A stretch of 64,000 nucleotides of DNA. Source: Lama glama (lineage: Eukaryota). A program made the translations under genes and the position numbers. Of this stretch, positions 53,660-64,000 are shown piece after piece. Under the pieces are notes generated by a model. It had not been told where the DNA came from, did not search any database, and saw only the letters and a program-made list of their open reading frames with translations. The stretch is from NCBI GenBank assembly GCA_028534125.1, contig CM052817.1, forward strand, positions 9,984,001-10,048,000, in the 5' to 3' direction. Numbering within the stretch: the stretch's first letter is position 1; each line of letters opens with the position of its first letter.

Positions 53660-53978
53660 CAATTCATATTTCAAATCCCGAACCTGCAATATGATGGTAT
53701 TTGGAGGTAGGATCTTTGGGAGGTGATTAGGTTTAGGTGAGGTCACGAGCCTGGGCTCATGGTAGGGTTAGTGCCCTTAGAAAGAGAGGAAGGGACCAGA
53801 ACCCTCTCTCTCCACCAAGTGAGGAGAGCAAGCCATCTGCAAACCAAGAAAAGGACTCTCACCAGACATCAAATCCGCCGGCATTAAGATCTTGGACTTC
53901 CAGCCTCCAAGACTAGGAGAGAGAAATGTTGACTGTTTAAACCACCCAGTCTGTGGTGTTTTGTTATGATTAAAACAG
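53660..53978 (+). mobile_element. MST/MLT1A-like MaLR LTR nested in L1
   Basis: atggtatttggaggtagg...gccatctgcaaaccaag...tcttggacttccagcctccaagact...tgtttaaaccacccagtctgtggtgttttgttat. Confidence 0.75.
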
Positions 53979-55256
53979 GCCCCAACTGGAAACCTCTCAA
54001 ATGCCAATCCAGTAGGATGGATAAATAAATTATGGTATATTCATGTGACAGAACAACAGCAGTGAATATTTACAACTACATGCAACAACGTGGATGAATC
54101 TCCCAAATAAAATGTGAAGTAAAAGAAGCTAGAAACCAAAGAGAACATACTCCCCTACCAGGCATTGCTAACCTATACATTGAAAATCAGGAGAGGGTTT
54201 CCTTGGGGATGAGCTGGGGACAGCGACCGGGAAACGAGAGGGTTCTTCTGGGGGCTTCTGTTTCTTGACCTGGGGTCTAGTTACACAGATGTGTGCAGTT
54301 TAGTAAAAGCCATTGAGCTGCAGGTTTAGGTGCACTTTTCTATATGCATAAAATTGTTTAAAAAATTTTTTTTCAATAAAAAATAGAAAATTCTGACTTA
54401 CTAGGTAGGGCCCAAGAATCTGCATTTGTAATAAACTCCTAAATGAGGCAGATGCTGTTGGTCCAAAGGACGCACCTGGAGTAGCAGCGAGCTATGCCAC
54501 AAATGTCCAAGTGTACAAGAGAATTTCCAGGAACAGGCTTCGAGAACAATACACACCCCATCCCCAGCCTCCTTCCTGTTACTTTGGTCGGGGTTACAGG
54601 TTTACTGAGTGATGTCCACTTCCCGCTGTCCGCAGAGCCCCGAGCACACGTGTTGGCATGACATTCCAGAGCCCATCCGCCATCTGCTCACAAGCTACTC
54701 CCCAGGCTTGTGTCCTGACAGCCTCCCGGACAAGCAGGGCTCTGGTCTCACTGCTCTACAAGACATATTCCACGAGCCCCTGTCTCAACATGCATCACTC
54801 GGGCCTCTGCTTGTGTACCTGGCATGCTCTCCTCTGCTTCCTGAACTCTTCCACAACGGCACAGCTCAGTTCAAATGTTACTTCCGCCAGGAAGCCTTCT
54901 CTGATTGCCCCACAATGGCTAGTCCCTCCTCTGGACAGCCGAGAGCCCACTATTCACACCTGACAGTCAGCATGGACCAGCCTGCCTGCATCACAGCCGA
55001 CTGTGGAGCTGGAGGGCTCAGTGCTCAATGTCAGCCTTTTGAGAGCAGGGGAACCCAGTGTGTCTGCCAAATAGCATCAGGCCTGGCACCCAGTGGGTGC
55101 TCACTATACTTACAGCATTGAAATTCAAGAACTTGGAATCAGACAACCAGGTCTGAATCTCATTCCATTATTTTTCAGAAATATGACCTTGGGCAGATCA
55201 TTTAATATCTCTGAGCTGCTGGGGCTACCGGGAGAACTAAAGAAGTCTGTAATAGG

Positions 55257-55701
55257 TGTGGTGAGATGAATGTTGGCCCCCAAAAAGAATCAGCAAGTCC
55301 TGACCCCAGGAATGTAAGCTTATTTGGAAAAAGGGTCTTTGCAGATTAGGTTCAGGATCTCAAGGTGAGATCATCCCAAATATAGGATGGGCCCTAAATC
55401 CAATGACAGATGTCCTTATAAGAGAAAGCAAAGGGAGATCCGAGCCAGAGACACAGAAGGCAGCTGTGTGGAGAGGGGCAGAGACTAGAGTGATGCAGCC
55501 ACAAGCCAAGGACATCTGGAGGCACCAGGAGCTGGAGAAAGCCAGGAAGGACTGTCCCCTAGACCCTTCAAGGGAGAGTAGCCCTGCCAATATATTGATT
55601 TTGTACTTCTGGCCCCCAGAACTATAAGAAAATAAATTTCTGTTGTTTTAAGCCACCCAGTTTGTGATTATTTGTTACAGCAGCCCTAAAAAGCCAACAC
55701 A
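55257..55701 (+). mobile_element. MLT1C-like MaLR solo LTR
   Basis: ttatttggaaaaagggtctttgcaga...ggccctaaatccaatgac...gccacaagccaagga...aataaatttctgttgttttaagccacccagtttgtg...ttgttacagcagccct. Confidence 0.82.
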
Positions 55702-55809
55702 GTGTAAGTCAAATAAATACTTGTTCTTCTGTCCATGTGATCACTGAGGTGTGACATTAAAAGTTTGTAATGAATATAGATTTTATGCATTCATATTTTA
55801 TTTAACAAA

Positions 55810-56030
55810 CATTCACATAGCTCTTAGTGTATATCAGACAATGTCCTAATTGCTTTATAAATATTATTTACTTAGATATTACGATGATCCCAAAAGTACT
55901 ATTATTATTATTATCTCCATTTTTCAGAGGGAAAACTCTGGAACAGAGAGTTTAAGCAATGTGCCCAAGGTCACAGAGCTAGTCAACACAGGAGCCAGGA
56001 GTCAAACTCAGGCAGTGGCTCCAGAGTGCT
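55810..56030 (-). mobile_element. MIR SINE
   Basis: tattattatctccatttttcagaggggaaaact...gtgcccaaggtcacagagctagt. Confidence 0.75.
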
Positions 56031-56689
56031 CACCACCGCTCAAGGGCTGGGCCCGTTTCGGAATCTAGACCCCAGCCAGGCAGAGGGTACGTGGCAGGGC
56101 TGCCCGGGGCCACCCGTCCTGGCAACATCCCTCACAGTCCTGCCCCAGCACTGCCCTGTCCAGACCACACTCGACAGCTGGATGTCCAAGCGCACATCCA
56201 AGAACTTCTCTTCCACTCAGTGGACCAGCGATATCTCACACCACGTGGGCTTCATCCAGCAGCTTCTGGGGGAAGGGGGCCATTTTATATTCATACCTAA
56301 TCTGTCTTTTCCTGGATGTATTTGAAGGCCTCCAAGAGAACGTCACCGCTGGGGACAGGGAAGCTTTCCTTCTCGTGTCTTGCTGGGGACTGGCCCACTT
56401 TTATTCCTCAGAAGGGAACAGCCTGCCTGTACTGCTTTCTCACGGGGAAGAGGCTGGGGCAGGGCTCAGCACGACTTCATGGACAAGCTTATGGGAACAC
56501 AGTCAACAGGCCTAGTTTTTCATTTTAGCTGCAGAAGCTGTACCATGATGGATGGCCTAGAGGAGAGCCTGTTACTGTCTCCAGACACGTCCCCTCTCCT
56601 CAAACCCACCCACACTCATAGGTGGCACATATGCCATTTATTTGATCTGATATACAACAGATCCCCTCCATGGAGGCAACACGGCGCAG

Positions 56690-57040
56690 CACGGGGGACA
56701 AGTCCAGGCTTGGGCAGCACAGGGCTCTGGGGCAAACCCTGGCTTGGTCCCTTAGCCGTCAGTGCGTGTGACCTTGCCAACAGTCCCTCAACCTCCCTGA
56801 GTCTCTCTTTCCTTATCAACAAAATACAAGTGACGACTGTGAGCCTGGACAACAAACCCAGCCTGCCTGGCTTCAACTTTGACCCTGCCCACCGGCTAGC
56901 GTGTGACCCTGGTCAAGCTGGTTAGCTCTCTGGACCTCTGCTTCCTCTTCTGTAAAATGAGGGTAATAGTACCAACTCACAGAGCCACTGAGTTGTTCAA
57001 ACCCCTGAAAGCAGGCACATAACAGCAGTTTGCTGTTATA
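56690..57040 (+). mobile_element. Two tandem MIR fragments
   Basis: gcgtgtgaccttg...ctgagtctctctttccttatc and gcgtgtgaccctgg...cctctgcttcctcttctgtaaaatgagggtaatagtacc. Confidence 0.65.
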
Positions 57041-59340
57041 ATTGTTAGGATGCAAAGAGATGACAGCTGTACCCTGCACGGCACAGCGAGTGACACCTGG
57101 GAAGGAGGACGATGGTTCCATGACCCTGTTTATAGCCAGGCCCGGTGCCAATGAGTCTCATGCTCTAAAGGAGACAGTGCTGGCTCTGAATTAAGAACAC
57201 GCAGGTGTTGGATACAATATAACCTCCTGATTCTAGGTGGACATTGACACAGACACACCTATTAGGCTGTCCACCCAACCCCTCTTTCCTGGAAACCACC
57301 TCCATGCCTGTGAGGTCAGGGGGACATCGACGGCTCGCAGCGCCAGGCCCACGCACGAGGTGTCACTCTAGCCACGGCGACTTGATGGGCCCGTGCTTGG
57401 TGACTGGCCCAGGTGGGACAAGAACTGAGACTTGGGACTGAAAGAGAGAGAATGCCCAGCCACTCTCCAGGAAGCCGGCCTGAAACCTACGGCCTTGGCA
57501 GGTTCTCCACTATGAGGACTGCAGGATGGGGGAATCCAGAGAGGGGGATGGGAGAGAGGAGGAGGAATGAAGTGGCCACCGGGCAGACAGCAGCCAAGAG
57601 GGAAGGAGGTGGAGTCCCTGGTGGCTGACTCCTCCCCACTACGAGGTAACCCAGAGTCCTGATAATAAACCCCCTTCGTTAATAGGCTTCTGTTACGTCA
57701 ACAGGGAGACTCCCACTGAATGTCACATCCTCACGCATCTCAAAGTCTGCAGAAACCACGCTTAATCCCTCCCTCTTCTGCAGGTCTGCCACTTACCAGC
57801 TCCGCTCCCACGCTCGCCAACTCCAGGAAGCAAATCACATTAGCCCAAAACAGATAGAAATAGGTCAACCATCCTAAAATCTAATTTTAAAATATACCAA
57901 CACAGAGTGGAGAATGACTTTAGAAAACTTCTTTAAGAACAAAAGCAGAGGAGACTTTCTTCTTTGCTTCCTCCATTAGAAGGGCTCTACTCTGGGTCAT
58001 GATTTATACCAACTTCATCCCAGACACACAAAACTGGACAAGACACTGCTTACCAGCCACACCGGATAATCTTCTGCACTGCATGCTTTTAAGGTGTAAA
58101 AATTACTATTTTTCGTATTTATTTCTTCATTTTAAAAGCACTATGATAAAATAAAAGGGAAATAAATTACCCACAAAGTACGAGAAATAACTAGTCCTGG
58201 AGATGGGGGTTGGGGGGTCCTCAATCTGCCACTGGCTAGTTGTGTACTTTGAATGTGGAATCTCGTCCTGACTTAGTTTTCCAGTCTGTAAAGGGGGATG
58301 TAATAAATAGAAGTTAGACCACCATCCACCACCATCAACTACCTGAGAGTCAAATGAGCTAATGCTTTGCACAGGATGCCTTACGGCAGATACTGGGGAC
58401 AGCAGGGAAGAACCAACAGAGAAAAACAGGAGCCCGTTAGACGCCGGTAGTTTGGTAGTAGAGACTACTCAGTGAACTAGCATTGCATCCAAGTCCTGGC
58501 TCCTAGACCCAGTCCTGCCACCGTGGGGCTTGCTGGGGAGATATAGCCCACGGAACCTCAAAAGTAATGGAACGTAGCTCCGGATAGAACGGTCCCGAGG
58601 GAGCAGCAGCAGGGACAGCTTGATGATCCCTCCTGGGACACTGTTTCTTTCCACATCCCTCCCGACACCAATCTGGGCATCAAATCTCGCCCACTCTTCC
58701 CCTCACATGGTAATATTAATAGCAGCCACATGTACTGAGGATTTTTCTCTGTGCCTTGCAGACATGGTTTTAAACAGAGGCTTCACGTACATCAGCTCAT
58801 TTCGGCCTCACAGATAAAAGCCACGGAGCGGGCTGTGATTATAGTCATACTACGTCTATGAGAACAGAGGTTCTGAAAATTAACTTGGCCAAGAGCACCC
58901 TGCAGGTAACAGGCAAGAGCTAGGACTGAAACCAAGCCTTTTGGACCTAAACTGGAGCCTGCCCTGCTCCCCCATCGCCTTCGCCTCATTCCACGTTAGT
59001 TCATTATTACCACCCTCCCTGTGACCTATCCTACCAGCTGTTGTCGGATTCTTTTCCCAAAACCCAGCTTCACGTCCACGCTGGCTCACAGCACCCAGCG
59101 AGGTGCACCACAGAAGGCAGGGCTTTCAATAATGCTTCTCGAGTGAATGAAACCTTTGCTCCTGCTGCCTTAGCTTCTGCCCCCCTACAGAACCCCCTGG
59201 CCTACCAGTCCGGGTCCTCCAGCTCTGGCTTCCCAACCTTGGCGGTCTTATTCCACCGATACACGCTCCATCGGTCCACCATGAACCAATGTCTCCTTCA
59301 CTCCCCGGACAAGCCATTCTCTCTGTCTGGAACGCTCTTT

Positions 59341-59420
59341 CCCCAACTCCCTCTCCCACCCCCCATCCCCAACCTCCCCAACCCCCCCAACCCCCACCCT
59401 CACCCCCCACCCCCAGCCCC
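59341..59420 (-). repeat. C-rich (plus) / G-rich (minus) low-complexity tract
   Basis: Twelve runs of 3 or more C with short spacers. Confidence 0.85.
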
Positions 59421-61104
59421 TCCTCACTCATCCTGCCATCAACACCTTTTCTAGGTTGAATGCATAGACTGACGACTCCTCCCAAATGTAAGCCATCACT
59501 CTCTGCTTAGAGAGCCAAGCCCAGGTCACCACTCTGCTCTGGCAACTTCAGTCCAGGGCAGGGATTTATGAAATACCCACACCAGGTTCTAGAGCACATT
59601 CTGCCGCAGTGTAGTTTCCTGTCTTCCTGGTCTTTTCTTCTATCCAGAAATAAGCCTTTGTCTCAAGCCCCAGCTAAACTAGACCTTTCCATTTTGTATT
59701 TACCAGGATAGAACACGGTACAACTTCTCTTCAGGGAGTTCCAAATGCACAACTTGGTACACCACTTTGGTCGCACATGGGATGTGAAAGTGGAAAACTC
59801 CCCAGTCCGAGGGCATGAAAAGACAGAGCCCAGGTTTCAGGGCCCTCCTCCCTTCCTCTTCTGCTCTGTGCTGGGACTCTGCACTCAAAACACTTCTCCC
59901 TCACGTGGAACGACAGACCTGCGGGGTATCACAATCTGTGAAGATGCTACTCCACAGAAGACTCGTCCAAAGTCATCTGTTTTGGTTAGTGTACTACGTT
60001 AGTTAACCTAATGAACAGAAATCCATCTCTCTCCCTCTTGCTCTATTTTTTTTTTTTTTGCATCTTCAATTATGACGACATCTGCCTCTGTTTTGACGCT
60101 CATGAAACGTACTGGCCCCAAATGGAAAAACCATGATTGTCTCATATGTTTTCTTTATGTTGCAAAGCACCTAATGGGCACTTCAAGACTATTATGAAAT
60201 CTAGTAACTGGGTGAAAGAATATAAATAACGAGATGATGGAAGAAAATCAACAGTCCAAGACGTCACCTGCTAACTTCAGTACTGTATTCTCTAAGCAAC
60301 CTAACGGTGACTTTGAAAGGGGGAGTACTGGTCTGCTCTGGTCTACTTTTGAAACTTCTGGGAATTTCTTTCTCTGAAGTAACAAGTATTAATGAAGGTG
60401 AAGGGACAAGCAAGGCCAACAGCCTCAGATTACATTAGGATTCAAATTCTAAACTAATAACGACCTTGGAGTCGAAAAACTCGGAAAGCACCAGAAAGAT
60501 GTCTTTTAACCTGATCATTTGAATGAAGACCTTTAAAAACACTGCTTTTCCTTGTAAAATATGTGTGAGGAAGTCTTCCCAAGAAGTCTAGAAGGAGCAA
60601 AATAGAACAACATATGGAAAGAGATTACAGGATTAACTAATTACATGACTGTCTTAGAATGACCCATGGAAGATGCTCATCACAGTCTTTTTAAAGAAGT
60701 CATTGTAAATTCATATTAAACAACAGAATTCTATGCTTTTTACATTAAAAGAAAAAAACAACAAAAAAGCCAAGACTAAAAACACTAGTAGATACTTGTT
60801 TATTTAATTTTATTTACATCAAGTCTAAAAACAAATGAAGAACTATTTATTGAGAACAGTGAACTTGTATTCAACATTAATAAATAAACTCAGTTTATTT
60901 TCTGCTTCTGCCCTTAGGATTTCCACATTTAGTCGCTCAAGCAGTGACATAAACAGCATGCACTACACGTGCAGGACTCTCCTATGACAGCGGGGCTCAG
61001 AGCGATTTATTTCACTCAACTGAAATTTAAACTAAAAATGGAGAACTACACTTCAAACTGTTTCAACTGCTTAATCTGAGACAAACATAAAGAAAGTTTC
61101 AATA

Positions 61105-61260
61105 TAAATGTGTATTAATGATGCAACACAGATGGACCTGGAGGGTATTACGCTTAGTGAAGTAAGTCAGACAAAGACAAACACTATATGATGTCACATA
61201 TAAGTGGAATCTAAAAAAATACAACAACATTTAAAAATGTACATGAACAAAAATCTATGA
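61105..61260 (+). mobile_element. Short L1 ORF2-end fragment
   Basis: gcaacacagatggacctggagggtattacgcttagtgaagtaagtcagac...gtggaatctaaaaaaa. Confidence 0.8.
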
Positions 61261-62210
61261 ACTGCCTGCAATAGAAACAAGAGCTGAAGTTCACAAAATA
61301 CATTCTCTCGCTTTCTCTCTCCCCCCTCCCCTCTCTCTCTCACATACACACAAATAATCTTCTTATGCACAACAGCTGACCAGCTCAAGAAGATGATAAC
61401 ATTACTACAAATTTCATAGTTTTTAGTAATCATGCTCATCTTCAAATCGTCATAGTTTAAAGAACAAGCTTAAGCTAGATCTAACATTAAATCAATAAAA
61501 ATTTAGACTGCCGAACCCTAATAGCAGGCACTTGCCACACACCATTTACATTCTCATCACCCCACACTTGAAAACACAGAGCCCCAAGACTCAGGAGTAC
61601 AGAGGAGGAGCGGCGGTGAGGCCACACAGCAGGACGGTGCAGAACAGCCCGGTGCCGTGAACACGCCCTCCCGCCCTCACTCAGACTCTTAGAACTGAAG
61701 CCAACAGTTACCCAGGTAACAGGCTCTGTCCAGCCTGGCCTTGCCCTGAGCAGTGTCAAAACTGCACTTTGTGGTGGGTGGGGGAGTTACATTTGTAATT
61801 TTACATGGTCATGAAAGGTCATTATTAACTTCTCATTTGATGACAGAGAAGTTGCATCTTTATCCTAATTTTTACCTTTGGTACGTACTTGAGAATAATT
61901 CAGTGCACTAATCAGATGAAAAAAAAATAAAAGGGAGGAGATGGAGGATAAAGAACTGGAAAAACAGCGCAGCAACGCAGTTTGATTTCATTTCTTATAT
62001 TCACACTCCCGACAACCTATTTAACCTGGTTTTCTTAATTTCTGTCTCAATACTTTCTGCTCCTGTGCAATTCAATCGTTTTTAATCTCACACTTTAAAA
62101 TACTGAATATATTCTACACGGATGGTGTTGTCATAAACAAACAATATTGTATGTGTGCACCTGAGTGTGTCTGGGGACCAACCCTATCTTTTCCCGCAAC
62201 CGGCACTTAC

Positions 62211-62430
62211 CTTCAGGGAAAGCATGGGGCTGCACAGTGTGGAGAAAGATGCGCACCATTTGAAAGAGGATGCCAATGGGTCCAGCTTCATAAGAATCTT
62301 CGGTCTCATAGTTTGTTGGAGGAAATTCAAATTCCAAACCATCAAAACTGTTGGTGGATGGCGGCGACCCGTCTGAAACGGTGTCCCCACACAGCCCCAG
62401 CAGCAGGAAGAAGCCAAGGACTGGGGCCAT
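62211..62430 (-). CDS. PROM1: Prominin-1 coding exon 1 (220 nt): signal peptide and N-terminal extracellular domain
   Basis: Translates MAPVLGFFLLLGLCGDTVS...PPTNYETEDSYEAGPIGILFQMVRIFLHTVQPHAFPE, a clear prominin-1 N-terminus. Start context gctATGG; donor GAAG|gtaagt, phase 1. Confidence 0.97.
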
Positions 62431-62652
62431 AGCTAGCAAGATGCCCCAAACATGAGGTAGGACCGGGGGCCTTCTGCCTCAGAGGTTCTGGAAGCCTGGA
62501 GGAAGACAGGAGCCTGTGATGCTGTGCAGAAGAGGCGTGGTGAGGACTGTGTGCTGAGCCCTCGGTTTTCCGGCCGGGCTGGCATGCGGTGATGGGCGGC
62601 AGAGAACGTTCTCCGGGAAGTGGAGGGTGGTCAGCCGCTCAAGGCACCATCC
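62431..62652 (-). other. PROM1: PROM1 5' UTR part of the first coding exon
   Basis: Acceptor cccttctctccctgccag|GGATGG (CAG at 62655-62653). The sequence resembles the human PROM1 leader as I recall it, ending ...ctcatgtttggggcatcttgctagctATG. Confidence 0.7.
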
Positions 62653-62879
62653 CTGGCAGGGAGAGAAGGGGCAGCGGTCACTATTGCACACAGCCTGCCT
62701 GCACCCGCAGCTTCCCTGGAGGAGAGGCTGCAAAGCTTTAGAGCAAGCCCTCAGCCTAATCCGCTGTCGGGGATGCAAACACTGAGCCTGCTTCAGAGCG
62801 CAAGGGCAGGAAAGCGAGAAGGTTCCAGGGACCAGACCCAGAAACACCAGGTAGTGAAGTGCATGTGCAGTCTTAGAAG

Positions 62880-63070
62880 CTGCCATTTATTAAGCACTTA
62901 CTACATGCCAGACATGTTCTACATGCTTTGCGGGCAGGCCCTCGGTTAAGGCGTTATCCCGCTTTACAGATGACCCAGATAGCATGTCAGCGACTTGCCT
63001 GGGGCCACGGCTGATTCATGGTGGGACAGAATTCAAACCCAGTCATTTGCTTTAACTACGAAGTCTAACC
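62880..63070 (-). mobile_element. MIR SINE upstream of the first coding exon
   Basis: catttattaagcacttactacatgccagac...gctttacagatga...gaattcaaacccag. Confidence 0.65.
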
Positions 63071-64000
63071 ACAGCTCCAAGACACTGTCCCTGCAGAGCC
63101 CTCCCTCGCAGTCAGAGAAGCGAAGACCGCCAGCAATAGACGAGATGATGCTTGTTTATTTCCTCCAGTTTGGGGCTGTTCTCCCGTCTCTGGAGATACG
63201 CCTTTTATTCTGCTATGTGCTCACTGATCTCATCTCAAACATCCCTGTTTCCACTCACCCTCAACCCAAACTAGACGAGCGTGGCCTGCCCGGCAGGGAC
63301 CACACCCTTCAAGGCCGGGTGACACTGGACTCTGTCTTCCTAACACGCTCACCAGGTAGCCCTGATGGAGATCCCTGCCCCAAGTCACCAGATGGACAAC
63401 TAGGGGTCCAGGCGATGAGAGGCAGAGCAGAGGGAGGCTCCCGCCCACCTCCAGGGAAAGGGAGAAGGATCAGGAATCTAGAAGTGCCACCAGCCCAGTG
63501 TCCAGTGAGAGCAACGTTGACCCTGTCCTCCTCCAATTTCTATCCCCAGAACTGAACACAGGCTGAATCGAAACAGAACCTCCCAGAGCAGCCGGGATGC
63601 TCTGCTTGTCCTTACTTCTTTGGGGACAGAAAACACCCTGATTTTATTTTTCATCTTAGATACACACTCAATAACTTTCAGAATAAGGACAGGGTGCTCC
63701 TGAAACACATACTGTGAGATGGGGGAGAGGGACCACCAAGAAAGTGACACACTGTATGAGGGCCCACCACCTATATCACAGAAATAGATGGTGTCAAAGA
63801 AAGCTCCGGACAAGAGGTAGTACTGCACGAGCTGTTTGACTGAAGATGCTCATTCATATCGGGTACCCTTGGATATGGACTCATCCTCTAAGCCCCATCC
63901 CACTCCAACTGATTCTGCTCTGACCTGCCAGCGGAATGACCCTGGATCCTCCCTTTATGAAATCATGGGCTGCCCAGATCTTCTATGGAGCCCAGTGCCA

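Larger units (their letters stand above)
52560..54385 (+). mobile_element. Fragmented old L1 (L1ME-like) 3' region containing younger insertions
   Basis: tgacccagcaattctgcttct, gtgtggagaaacaagca, ggataaataaattatggtatattcat and caacaacgtggatgaatctc motifs. Confidence 0.6.

Noticed and set aside
59041..59485. Proline-rich and glycine-rich ORFs
   Set aside because: Translations of the C/G-rich tract, with no exon signals or homology.
62431..62439. N-terminal extension MLA shown in the ORF track
   Set aside because: It starts at TTG, a bacterial-style start call; the homologous start is the ATG at 62430.
1..64000. CRISPR array, operon, prophage, nested gene or processed pseudogene
   Set aside because: No regularly spaced repeats and no prokaryotic gene organisation. 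I recognised no coding homology other than PROM1 and L1; a decayed pseudogene or small ncRNA could escape inspection by eye and would need BLASTX or Infernal.

Overview
Mammalian genomic DNA, very likely camelid (alpaca/llama/camel), judged from tRNA-Ala-derived SINEs of the Vic-1 type. The window holds the 5' part of PROM1 (prominin-1/CD133) on the minus strand. Eight coding exons (220+56+27+206+121+64+90+218 = 1002 nt, 334 aa) join in one open frame from the ATG at 62430 to the donor at 1845, and the gene continues beyond the left edge. The rest is intron, filled with L1, L2, MIR, MLT/ERVL LTRs, hAT MER elements and microsatellites, plus one 100-N gap. I found no new multi-gene system. The best leads are post-transcriptional features of PROM1: a GC-AG intron, a 27-nt microexon with a UGC-type upstream element, a candidate poison exon 160 nt downstream of it, and uORFs that stop 2 nt before the start codon. 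Repeat family names and boundaries come from motif recognition by eye and are approximate. Comparisons with human PROM1 are from memory.
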